DNA of 64,000 bases from Octopus vulgaris (lineage: Eukaryota), in assembly GCA_951406725.2 (NCBI GenBank), contig OX597833.1, forward strand, positions 61,628,001 through 61,692,000, given 5' to 3'. The first letter of the stretch is position 1; every line of letters starts with the position of its first letter. The position numbers were made by a program, and so were the translations under genes. The notes beneath the pieces are model-generated. The model was not told the DNA's origin. It made no database searches and worked only from the letters and a program-made list of their open reading frames with translations. Shown one piece after another: positions 13,084-24,496 of this stretch.

Positions 13084-14558
13084 CAAATTGTTTAGTTAAC
13101 TAGAAAATTCCGTCCACCAAACAGAAAAGATCCCAATGGAGAGATGTTTTACTTTCACTTTTGACATGTGATATCGATTCACCAGTATTCGAGTAGGTCA
13201 ATGCGGAAGTAAAATGTTTTTACAGAAGTCTTTCACATTTACTCATTTAGTTGGTGACATTAACGGGCGTTGATATTATTATCTGAGATTCCCAAAACAG
13301 TTTTTATTATTTCTTAATTATTTTCCCTCTTCAATCTCGACTATTTTACTTTATTAATCCCTTCACAACTTCCAGCATTCCAATAGGACCTGGTTTCCAG
13401 AGAGGAACACTTGCACAAAAAGTGACACTCTCTCTATATAATATTCGTATATAATATTCGTTGCCATATATTTACCATTCTGAGAAGCTTGGATAGAGAT
13501 TGGTTACAAATTTAAGTTACAAATTACAATTTTGTTTACAATAATGTTTTCTTTTGACACATTCTACCAGTATACGAAGTTTCAAATTGTTTAGTTAACT
13601 AGAAAATTCCGTCCACCAAACAGAAAAGATCCCAATAGAGAGATGTTTTACTTTCACTTTTGACACGTAATACCGGTTAAACCAGAATTCGAGTAGGTCA
13701 ATCCGGATATCACATGCTTTCAGAGAATTCTTTCACTTTTACTCATTTAGTTGGTGACATTAACGGGCGTTGATATTATTATCTGAGATTCCCAAAACAG
13801 TTTTTATTATTTCTTAATTATTTTCCCTCTTCAATCATTGGTTGAAATTCGTAAAATTAAACTACGTTTAAGTTACAAATTACAATTTTGTTTACTATTA
13901 TGTTTTCTTTTGACACATTCTACCAGTATACGAAGTTTCAAATTGTTTAGTTAACTAGAAAATTCCGTCCACCAAACAGAAAAGATCCCAATAGAGAGAT
14001 GTTTTACTTTCACTTTTGACACGTAATACCGGTTAAACCAGAATTCGAGTAGGTCAATCCGGATATCACATGCTTTCAGTGAATTCTTTCACTTTTACTC
14101 ATTTAGTTGGTGACATTAACGGGCGTTGATATTATTATCTGAGATTCCCAAAACAGTTTTTATTATTTCTTAATTATTTTCCCTCTTCAATCATTGGTTA
14201 AAATTCGTAAAATTAAACTACGTTTAAGTTACAAATTACAATTTTGTTTACAATAATGTTTTCTTTTGACACATTCTACCAGTATACGGAGTTTCAAATT
14301 GTTTAGTTAACTAGAAAATTCCGTCCATCAAACAGAAAAGATCCCAATAGAGAGATGTTTTACTTTCACTTTTGACATGTGATATCGATTCACCAGTATT
14401 CGAGTAGGTCAATGCGGAAGTAAAATGTTTTTACAGAAGTCTTTCACTTTTACTCATTTAGTTGGTGACATTAACGGGCGTTGATATTATTATCTGAGAT
14501 TCCCAAAACAGTTTTTATTATTTCTTAATTATTTTACTTCTCCAATCTCGACTGTTTT
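13082..14558 (+). repeat. ~360-bp tandem repeat array (about 4 units) including a copy of the sequence just upstream of exon 1
   Basis: Units match 8035-8760; 13336-13502 repeats 8745-8902. Confidence 0.88.
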
Positions 14559-15091
14559 AGAATTTTAGAATTTTACTAACACAACATAATAAGAGAAGAA
14601 TAACCGATCCTAGATTTGGTAGCGTAGCATCATCTAGTTATTAGCTTTCGAAAATGTTGTGGGGAAAATGAATTCCATTGTTTATTTAAATGGTTTTTCA
14701 GTTTCATTAAACACACATACACAAATGTATATACACTCTCACACGTTCTCCAGAGTCTACAGTGGGGTATACATACTCACGCACGCACACAGTCGAGTAA
14801 TGGTAAAGGGTGTGCGTGTGCACACGCACACACGCAGAGTCAGAAACGCACGCATACACTTGATCGGGCGTGCGCACACAAAAACACACACACATACACT
14901 CACACACAGAATGTCTTCAATCTTATGCATTGTCAACTTGCGAAATACTTCTTACGTAGAATGTTTCCACAATAGAAAAGTTTCAAATTTTCTAAATAAC
15001 CGATCCAATTTCTTTTCGAACCTATGATAAATTTGATAACCTGATATTATCCAAGCAATTACCCAAGCTACTAGAGGTCAAAAACTCCCTG

Positions 15092-15512
15092 GGATCTTTT
15101 CGGTTTGAACGGCAGTTTTTAACATAATTTCTAGGTAATTAAAAAATTTTAAACTTCGTATACTGGTAGAATGTGTTTATAAAACATCTTTTTCTCTTGG
15201 CTTTATTGAGAAAATTCTATAGTTTGTAAGATATTTGTTGTTTTTTTTCTTCAATTTCTGCAATTTCAACCAATCAGTGACGTCTATTGAGTTAAAAAGC
15301 ATTGTGTGCCGTATGAATATGTCCCTCGTTTAAGAAACAGATTGGGTTTATTTACATTTGTGAAGAAAAAAAAGATACCCTTCAACCACCCCTAACTAAC
15401 CCTAACCCTAAAACAGATTGAAATGCAATAGATCGATACTAGGGTCATAATTTTGGGTGACAATTTCATATGAAACCGCTAGAAAAAACTGCCGTTCAAA
15501 CCGAAGAGATCC
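15092..15512. mobile_element. MITE with ~28-bp TIRs GGATCTTTTCGGTTTGAACGGCAGTTTT and internal CCCTAA repeats
   Basis: Terminal inverted repeats visible; no clear TSD; duplicated at ~34183-34604. Confidence 0.8.
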
Positions 15513-15808
15513 CAAGCTGCTGCTAGTCTTATGACCGCTACAACAGCAATCAAAAAGATTCATTTTCTGTCGTGTTTTCGTGAGAAAAAAAAAATGAACA
15601 TCGAAGGGGAATAAATCTTTTATGGTTTGTGTATGATAGTTAAGGAAAGGTTGCCATGATGAATAAAACACGGGAGACAATATATACGTGTGTTCCACAG
15701 AGTAATTTCCTTGAAATGAAATTGTAAAATTCCTTTTCTCTGTATTAAAATCGAGGGCAGCGTTTATATCTCTAAGTTTTTAGTATAGTGATGCAATTTT
15801 ATAGAAGA

Positions 15809-16180
15809 CTAGCAGTATAACCCGGCGTTGCTCGGGTTTCTTTCGACCCTTTAGGATTGGAATTTTTGAAAGCTACAAATTTTGCATTATGTAGCTTGTT
15901 ATTCTCTGAACATTTTTCTGGTAGAAATACACTGAGAAATGGCGACAGAGCAGTAAAAAAAAATCGTCAAAATTAGGGATTTTCATAGAAAAAAAGCACC
16001 TTTTTGATGTTAACATGCTCCGATTTGAATTTTTTCTTCTACGGAAGGAAGAGCAAGCCTTCTTCTATCATACTCTCAATTTTGGTCAACTTGTGCCGCA
16101 GGGTCTCAGAGGAGATAGTGTCAGTTGAAGGCTACCAAACCTGCCATACACAGACAACTTCAGCTTTATATAGAGAGAGA
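15809..16180 (-). mobile_element. Non-autonomous Helitron (second subfamily)
   Basis: TC start, CCCGAGCAACGCCGGG hairpin plus CTAG end on the minus strand; same family at 34900 and 60087. Confidence 0.8.
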
Positions 16181-16388
16181 TTAATTGTACAGAAATATAT
16201 AATTTCGCTGCTTTTCGGAGACGCGCGCACACACACATGTATGTATATATGAATATGTATAAATGTGTAGGTGAAAGTGTTTGTGTGCGTGTATATGTGT
16301 GTGTTATATACTTATAGGCGTAGTTGTGCGGTAAAAAGGTTGTTTCTCAACCCTGTGCCACTGGGTTCGATTTCAGTTTCCGCCTATA

Positions 16389-17619
16389 CAGGGGTTGGAC
16401 AAAATAATGGAAACACCTTAACGTTTCAAACAAATTTATTTTAATATGGCAGTAATTTTGATATCTGGCAGTAATTACAAGTTGAATTCTATGAGATATG
16501 GACTTGTACAAAGTTTGAATTGTTTCCAAAGGAATTTTTGTTCAAACAGTCTCCAGTTCTTGTAGTGATGATAGTGGAGGATATCGGCTCCTTCCTTATT
16601 TTTCTAAAATGCACAATAAGTGTTCTATAATATTGAGACCTGGGGACTGTGGTGGCCATATAAGATGTTCAACCTCACTAAAATGTTCCTCGTACCATTC
16701 AGTAACAACTTTAGCTGTGTGAATTGGTGCATTATCATTCTGAAAGATTGCATTTCGCATCCAGAAACAATTCTGCAACCATTGGATGAATTTGATCAGA
16801 TAAAATGCTTCAATAATCTTGACTATTAATTCTGCCATGAAGGAAAATCATTGGGCCAGCGGATTTCCAAGATATAGCCCCCAAAGCTCATCATTGCAGA
16901 TCCTCTTCCATGTTTAATAAAAGAAAGCAGTCTGGGTCAAATGCTTCTTTTGGCTGACTCCACAAGTACACTCAGTGGTCGGAAAAAAGGTAAAGGATGA
17001 CTCGTCCGAGAAAATAACATTCATCCACTGCTCTGGGGACCAATTCTGTAGATTTTTTACTCCACTCTAAACGCTTTGCAACGTTTGTTTTTGAAAGTAG
17101 TGGTTTTCTTGACTGTAGCCCTCCCTTGAAATCCTGCCTTTTGTAGCTCCCGGTGAACTGTTCTTGTGGAAACTGGATTCTCGAGGTGGTCATTAAGCTC
17201 TACAGTAATTTAGGGAGCTGTACTTTTGTGATTCTTTCTAATAATTCGCATAAGAATCCAACGGTCCCTATCTGGAAGTTTTGGTTTTCTTCTGGAGTTT
17301 TGTTTCAACGAGGAGGTTTTTTTCCTCTTTCTCAAAGTCTGTCATTACTTTCAAGACTTCTTGATACACCAAACATTTCAGCTGTTTTCGTTATGCTAGC
17401 GCCTGCTATACGAGCACCAACAATTTGACCGCTTTGAAAGTCCGATAGATCTGTCATCTTAATGAATTTTAATTACCTTATTTTGATGATATCTGAAAAG
17501 AAAAAGCAATTTTAGCAAAACATATTAAGCAACACTAATAATAAATCAAAAAACGTTTTGACGGTTTTATAAATATCTCAAAATTATGATGTTATGATGC
17601 TAGGTGTTTCCATTATTTT
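16389..17619 (-). mobile_element. Degenerate Tc1/mariner transposon
   Basis: TA|CAGGGGTTGGACAAAATAATGGAAACACCT TIR, with a partial right TIR at ~17602-17619. Transposase relic FQNDNAPIHTAK...WPPQSPGLNIIEHL. Confidence 0.9.
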
Positions 17620-17995
17620 TGCGCGTGTGTGTATGTGTGTGTGAGAGAGTGTTATATCATATTATATTACATAATATAAGTGATCTACAACAGCCTGTCC
17701 ATCTTGTTGTTGTTGTCGTTGTTGTTGATGATGATGATGATGATGATGCATTTATCACTCTGTCAAACACACCTCTTACATTGTTCTCTCACTTATTTAC
17801 GCTCAGTTTTCTGTGCGCATATTAAAAACATCGAACATTCGGATCCAAAATGCTCAGCCACTACATCAACCATATCAGACTAGGAAGGTTTGACATTGTT
17901 TCATTAACTAAAAATCGAAAATTGGAGAATATCTTTTTGTCAATGGTAATGTGTGATATCATATTTCATACGCAATCATTTTGTTTTTATTTCAG

Positions 17996-19478
17996 GATGA
18001 AGGAAGTAGAAGAGAATCGTATAGGGAGAGAATTAAAAGATTTCCAAATGTAATGGAAGAAAGTTTTGAGAAAACCGAAGAAGATTGGTCGTCTTTCTAC
18101 AAAAAAGTAGAAAATTCGTTGAATAAAGATATCTCATTTGGTTTAGAAGATGAGATTCGTCAAAAGAACGTCCTAGTATATATTCTTTGGCAGATGAACG
18201 ATAAAATTTCCAGCTGAAAAATTAGCCAATGAAGTTCGAGAAAAGAAGCCAGATAACCTGGTGGCATTAACCAACCTTGCATTCATTCATTTGTACGATG
18301 GAAATATCCCTGAGGTAAGAAACCTTTTGGATAATCTAAGTAATCTTGAAGAAAGAGAAAATTTCTTGCTGATAGAAGCAGAAGGCAAAAGAAATGTTGC
18401 TTATTGTTTAGCTACTATATCTTTTGAAGATCATGAAAGAGCTGTCGAACTTTACAAAGAGTCTCTCAACGTTTGTCCGGATGATTATCTGTGTATGTTT
18501 TCCATTGCTCTGTTGCAATATCGTTGTTTAAGAAAGAACATAGATAAAGAGAAAAGATGTGAAAATATTAAGGAATCAATACAGTACTTAGAGAAAATAC
18601 GATGTGCTTTTCGACAACATAATAACAAGGCCCTAATGGGAAGAACATTAGCATTGATTGGTTTGTTTCAACTTAGACCTTATAATTTTCATAGTCAAGT
18701 AGCTGAAGAGTATTTTCAGAGAGCTCTTGATATTTCCCCTGATGACCCCTATGTTTTGGAGAAAAGTGGCAATTATTATATACTTTCAAAGCAGCTTGAA
18801 AAAGCAAGAAAAGTGCTTGAAAAAGCAATTAAAAAAAAGGTAACACCATATTCTCATCGTCAGCTTGGATTACTTTATCTAAGAATTGAGGACCCTACAT
18901 ATACATATGTCCCAATGAACAAACAATTCTCAAAAGAAACGAATGAATTTGCGAAATTTTTAAAACATGCTCAAAATATTCCTCCTAGAGAAAGGAAAGA
19001 GTTAATCAACAAAGCTGAATATCACTTTCAACAAGCTCTTGAACTTTCTTATAGATATTCACCTGCTCTCTATGATATCATTATATTATATATGTCTTTG
19101 AAAGAATATGACAATGCCAGGAAGTATTGTGAAAGATTTAAAGCAGATAACACAAGGCAAGATGTTAATTTTTACATTTCGTTTGGAAAATTATGTTTTA
19201 AAGAAGCAGATGTAAAAAATGATGAAGAAGAAAAAGATCAATTAAGATGTACAGGAATGGATTGGTTTGTTCTGGCTCTTAAATCTGCTGTAAAATTTCT
19301 TCCTTTCGACAAAGACCTGATAGAAATTTGGGAGATAAAGGAAATAATACTTGAATTATATGAGTATGGAAATGGAAATACTGAATACAAAAAATTTGTT
19401 TTGGAATTCATTCAGTCAGTAGAAGACCTTGCCAATGACAAAGCGTTCCAAAATATACTTCACAAGAGTGAATTATAA
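17996..19478 (+). CDS. Large second exon of TPR-repeat (IFIT/TTC22-like) gene copy A; +1 frameshift near 18205-18212 (pseudogene or sequencing error)
   Basis: Acceptor ttttatttcag|GAT. TPR-type helices such as AVELYKESLNVCPDD, AEEYFQRALDISPDDPYV, ARKVLEKAI and AEYHFQQALEL. A 405-aa ORF plus an upstream 74-codon segment in another frame. Confidence 0.8.
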
Positions 19479-20104
19479 AAGATAAATTGTGTTCATACTT
19501 TTCTTATTACTTTCTTTATTGATAATACTCAACAATATTTTGAAATTCATTGTTATATATCTCACGTTTTCTGAAGTAATACCAAACACGTTTATCTAAA
19601 GCTAAATTTTAAAAATCATATAAATTTAGACTACTCCTTTCTTTGAAACACAAGATGAATGTAGCAAAGAATTCTACAGGAAATATTACTGCCTTTGTAA
19701 TGGATGTGGCCCTGAAACCAACGTTGAAATGACGTCAGAGCATTCAAAGGATGACGTCATAACTAACTTTCATTTTGACATATTTTAACATCCCCAAACA
19801 GTGAAGAAGTGGCAGAAAATATTGGAATGAATCTAGAAATATGTTTTTGCTTGAAAGTTCCATTTGATAATCGTGACTACATATTGGGATGATGTAAAAC
19901 TGGAAACCTTTGCATTATACTGAAACATCGTTGGAATATTGGAATTCTATAAGTAACAATCAAAAATTACTAATTTACACAAAAGACACCAAGTAAATCC
20001 TTGAAGATTGACAACCTAAGTAAGGACGACATTTTACTATCAGGAAGCATGAAGCCAGAAATTCCAAAACATTTAAAAAGTTTTCCTCAATTTAAATGGC
20101 AATG

Positions 20105-20107
<3 letters not shown>

Positions 20108-20145
<38 letters not shown>

Positions 20146-20195
20146 GGAGAGAGAGAGTGAGAGAGTGAGAGAGAGAGAAAGAGAGAGAGAGAGAG
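20108..20195. repeat. (GA)n microsatellite
   Basis: Directly visible; paralog at ~39190-39297. Confidence 0.95.
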
Positions 20196-20676
20196 ATGAA
20201 TAGTTTTAGTTTCCTTTGCAGACTATATTAGTTCGTGTTCATTAGTGTGCAGATCATTTCATGTGTCTGTATTTTGGCAATGTCCTATCTAAGAGTTACT
20301 GCTGTTGTGGTGGTTCTACATCAGATGTAACTTAACATCAGTGACAGGTCTTGATGATAAACTTTAATACTATTTTATTATGAAAGCACTAAAGAACTGA
20401 ATGGCATATTTGGCCCTTGTAAATTGTTTGCCTCTTTTCTGGGACACAAGCAAATAACTGAGGCAGCAAAATCTTTCAACAGGTTAGCCATATGTGGAAG
20501 AGTTGTAACTTTCAGTTAAACGGGCATAAAAGAAATCGATGTAATAAACATCACAGAGAAAATACGTATAAACTTATCATCAGATCCTCGTTACTTCCCT
20601 GCACTTCCCATAAAAACATGTAAACATTCCACTAACCAAACCACATTAGTTATGTATTAAAACCTTTTAACTTAAA

Positions 20677-21020
20677 GAAGAAAATAATGCGGGAGTGCTA
20701 TGATAGTAGTAGGATGTTGAATGGTCAAGTGACCTAAAAGTGATCACTTGACAATTTTAACATCCTACTACTATCCTAACATCCTGCATTCTCTTATTAT
20801 TCTGTCTCTTTCTTCTTCTTCGTCTTCCTCTCCACCACCTCCTTCCTTACTTTACTACTACTGCTGTTTAGAATAACATCTACGAAAATATTATAAACAA
20901 TACATTCAAAAGAGATATCACAAGGATTCAATCACTACTACCATCCACAACAATCCACTTTCTGGGCACAACACCATTTAACATCCTACTACTATCATAG
21001 CACTCCCATATTATTTCTTC
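20677..21020. repeat. Nested inverted repeat: ~100-nt hairpin plus a distal inverted arm
   Basis: gatagtagtaggatgtt..gtcaagtga pairs with tcacttgac..aacatcctactactatc; third arm at 20974-21020; paralog at ~39779-40121. Confidence 0.8.
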
Positions 21021-21300
21021 CTCCTCCACCTCCTCCTTCTTCTTCTTCTCTGCCAAGAATTCACAATGACCGCGAACCCCCAAGAGTAAACAAGAGAGAC
21101 AGAGACAGGCAGAAACACGGAAAATGTCCCTTGTATTTGAATACTATGCAAACATTCTTTTAAAGTACTTTTCATTTAATTTTTTCAAAATTTAATTGTT
21201 TTCTATACTTACAGTTGAAAAAGTCTCAATGACTGAAAACGGTAATGAAATGTTTTTTTCATACAATTATTTTAGCATTTTCTACCTTGACTTTTTTCCA

Positions 21301-21348
<48 letters not shown>

Positions 21349-23103
21349 CATACATTTTATTAACCTTAGGAATTTCACATAAACACACATACACCCACAG
21401 ATTCCTCTCAATGACTTCTAATATCATCAATTCACTGGTCAACATATTTCACTACAGATTGACAAATGTATTTTCAAGTGCATCGATGTGTGTAAACTAG
21501 GTTGCCAAACAGACATGAAACCTGATACCATTGTTCCAACATTTAGCATAAACTCAATGCAGCATCACTTGGTTAACATTACTTACAAACACAAACAAGC
21601 CATTCCAATTTGTTCTCCTCTTTCTTATAATATCTCGTTCATGTCTAACCCCTGCCATTTTCCCAATAAATAAAGGAAATTTATTTCATTTCATAAACTG
21701 AAAATATCGGAAAGTTTTCATTAAATATAAATTCGAAAATTTGAAAAGAAATTTAATAGTGATATGGGGTAATTCGGAGAAAAAGTGCTTGTGGCCTGGT
21801 TCCGTGGTTTGGCGCCAGGCAGACGGATAAAGCCTTTGTCCTGTCAATTTTTAGAGAAATTAATGAGTTTGGAAAATACCTCAGACCCTTTTTCCGGTCA
21901 AGAAAAGTTTAAGAAACCACCCTTTAAAATGCGGTGAGCTGTGAGTTTGTTGGTCAGTTCTGTCTGAGACGGTGAGTTGGCAACAGGTGCAGTCGGGAGA
22001 GGCTATGACAGGGATGACAGTCATGGCGAGAAAGACAGGCAGATAGCATTGGGGGCATGTAGAGCGAAAGAGAGGGATTACGGCGAAAAGGCATGGCTAT
22101 TGTAGTAGGAGTTTGTAGCGGTATGTTTTGTTTATGTTAAAATTGTGAACTGTGTTGAAAAGAAAAAGTATTGTGTCAATAAAAGAGAACTGTGAATTGA
22201 GGAAAAGAGGAAGAAAAGAAAGAAAAAAGAACATTGTGTTAAAGAGAAAAAGAAAGAAAGACAATGTTGAACTGTTTCGAACTCTATATTGCATCAAAAC
22301 ATTAATGTTTTGATTGTTTCCGGACGTTCTGTATTGTGCATGCCTTTTATTGTTTTCTTTTTTTAAATTCTGTTGCAGGTTATTTTCTTTAATGTATCTG
22401 ACATGTTTCACGTTTTATTTGATGTTGTAATAATTGTATAAACTGTTGTTAAGCGTTAAGCAATTGCCTTCTGCCGTCTCTCTCTTTTCTTCCTGTTGTT
22501 GTTGTTGTTGTTATCTCCGGTCGCCGGTTCGAGTTCGCTGCCATCCCCCACAACCGTTTTCTCTGTGGCGGATTCCGTTCGACTGAGCCTGGTGAATCAT
22601 TGCTCGACTTTGTAGGGTCCCGGGTTCGAGTTGAGCGATGGCAGGTTCGTAACAACAGCATTGTGTCTACAAGATGCCTGTAACAGCACTGGATTTTCCA
22701 CAATTGACAATAAAAATTGAAATAAAATAAAAATAAAAGTATACAGTTGTGTTTGATTGTTGTTTTCCTTAAAATTATTCAAAGAAACAGATGTATAAGA
22801 AGAAAACAATGAAAGATGAAAAAAAAATGGAAATCAGATGAATTTCTGATGAATTTGATCTCATAGGATACGTATAAGGGAAAGTAATGTGTTGTATGCA
22901 GATCTAATATTGAAGAAACAAACCTTCTAGACTCACAAAATACTTAAACTAAAATATAAGTGTCATTATAGTGGTGGTTGGCTGCAGAGTTTCAAAGTTC
23001 GACGTAACTTAATGTTTCGTGTAGTGTATGATGAAAGGTATTCAGTGGACAAGGAAGCAGCTGTAAAGGTATGGAAGAGTATTTATATATATATGTATTT
23101 ATT

Positions 23104-23189
<86 letters not shown>

Positions 23190-24496
23190 GTATTAAATGA
23201 ATTATAAATATAATATAAGTAAGAACACTAAGGTACGTTTCATGGCTACAATTAAATTTGAATTACAATTAAGTTTAAATTCAATTGAAATAAATTAAAA
23301 TTAAAATTATAGTCAATCTTCAGGTTAATGATAATAGTTAAATAAATAAGCAAATAGAGTTAAACAATATTTATTTAAGAAATAAATAAAATAATAATTT
23401 TTCTTATAGAAAAAACTCCATTATCAAAATTAGAAACTTAAATCATTAGGATTATTTCCTACAACACATTTATTATGTTAAATATTTATTTTTAGGGTAA
23501 AATAAAATAGATAGAAATATGTATTTATCTATGAAGATATAATATAGCTTTAAAAAAACATAATAAACTCTCGAATATCCTTAACTCAGTTATAGTCCAA
23601 TATTTAATTACCAAATTATTTAACAAAATAATCACTATTCATATTTTTAAATTTAAGTTCACATCTAATAAATATAAAATATTTAAAAATAAGTATCTAA
23701 ATTATAATCAACAAATATAGTAATTAAAATCTAAAATTTACTCTATCAATAAATATAAAGACATATAATGAAAAATAAATTAATTAATTAGTCCATTATT
23801 ACTTACATAAATATTATAAATATCAATATAATATATTCATGAAATACATTTAAAAATTAAATTATTTATGTATTGGTTTATGTCTATCACTGTTTGAGTT
23901 GCATATTAATGGTTTTATCTCTAATTCATATTTTATATCTCTATACTATGAAATTTGATTTAATATTAAACTGAATATTTCCCTGTAAGCTTGGAGTTAT
24001 ACTCCCTAATATTATTATTTATATGTATATATAATCAATAATAATAAAGGGTAAAATTAATTAATTAATTAATTAATAATTAATGATTTTACCAATTAGT
24101 TATGAACCGCTAAGTTACGGGAATGTAAACACACCACCATCGGTTGTCAAGCGATGTTGGGAGGACAAACACATACACACACATACATATATATATACAT
24201 ATATACGACGGGCTTCTTTCAGTTTCCGTCTACCAAATCCTGGCCCGAAGCTATAGTAAAAGACGCTTGCTCAAGGTGCCATGCAGTGGGACTGAACTCA
24301 GAACCATGTAGTTCGTAACCAAGCTACTTAACACAAAGCCACTCCTACGCCTATTTAAATAATTTTTTTTTTTCTAATTTGATAATTTTCGAGGACTTTA
24401 TATGAATCACTATTTGCTTTCCGTTTCGTTTTTAGTTGTTTCTGGTTTCTAGGTATTTAATAAACGTCTTCAGGTTACTCGTTTATAAATGACATT

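Noticed and set aside
22449-22703. 84-aa minus-strand ORF duplicated at 41531
   Set aside because: Non-ATG start, no recognisable homology; conservation only reflects the recent duplication
23185-24090. NUMT (mitochondrial insertion), because of extreme AT content
   Set aside because: No recognisable mitochondrial gene, tRNA or rRNA motif; a decayed retroelement is more plausible
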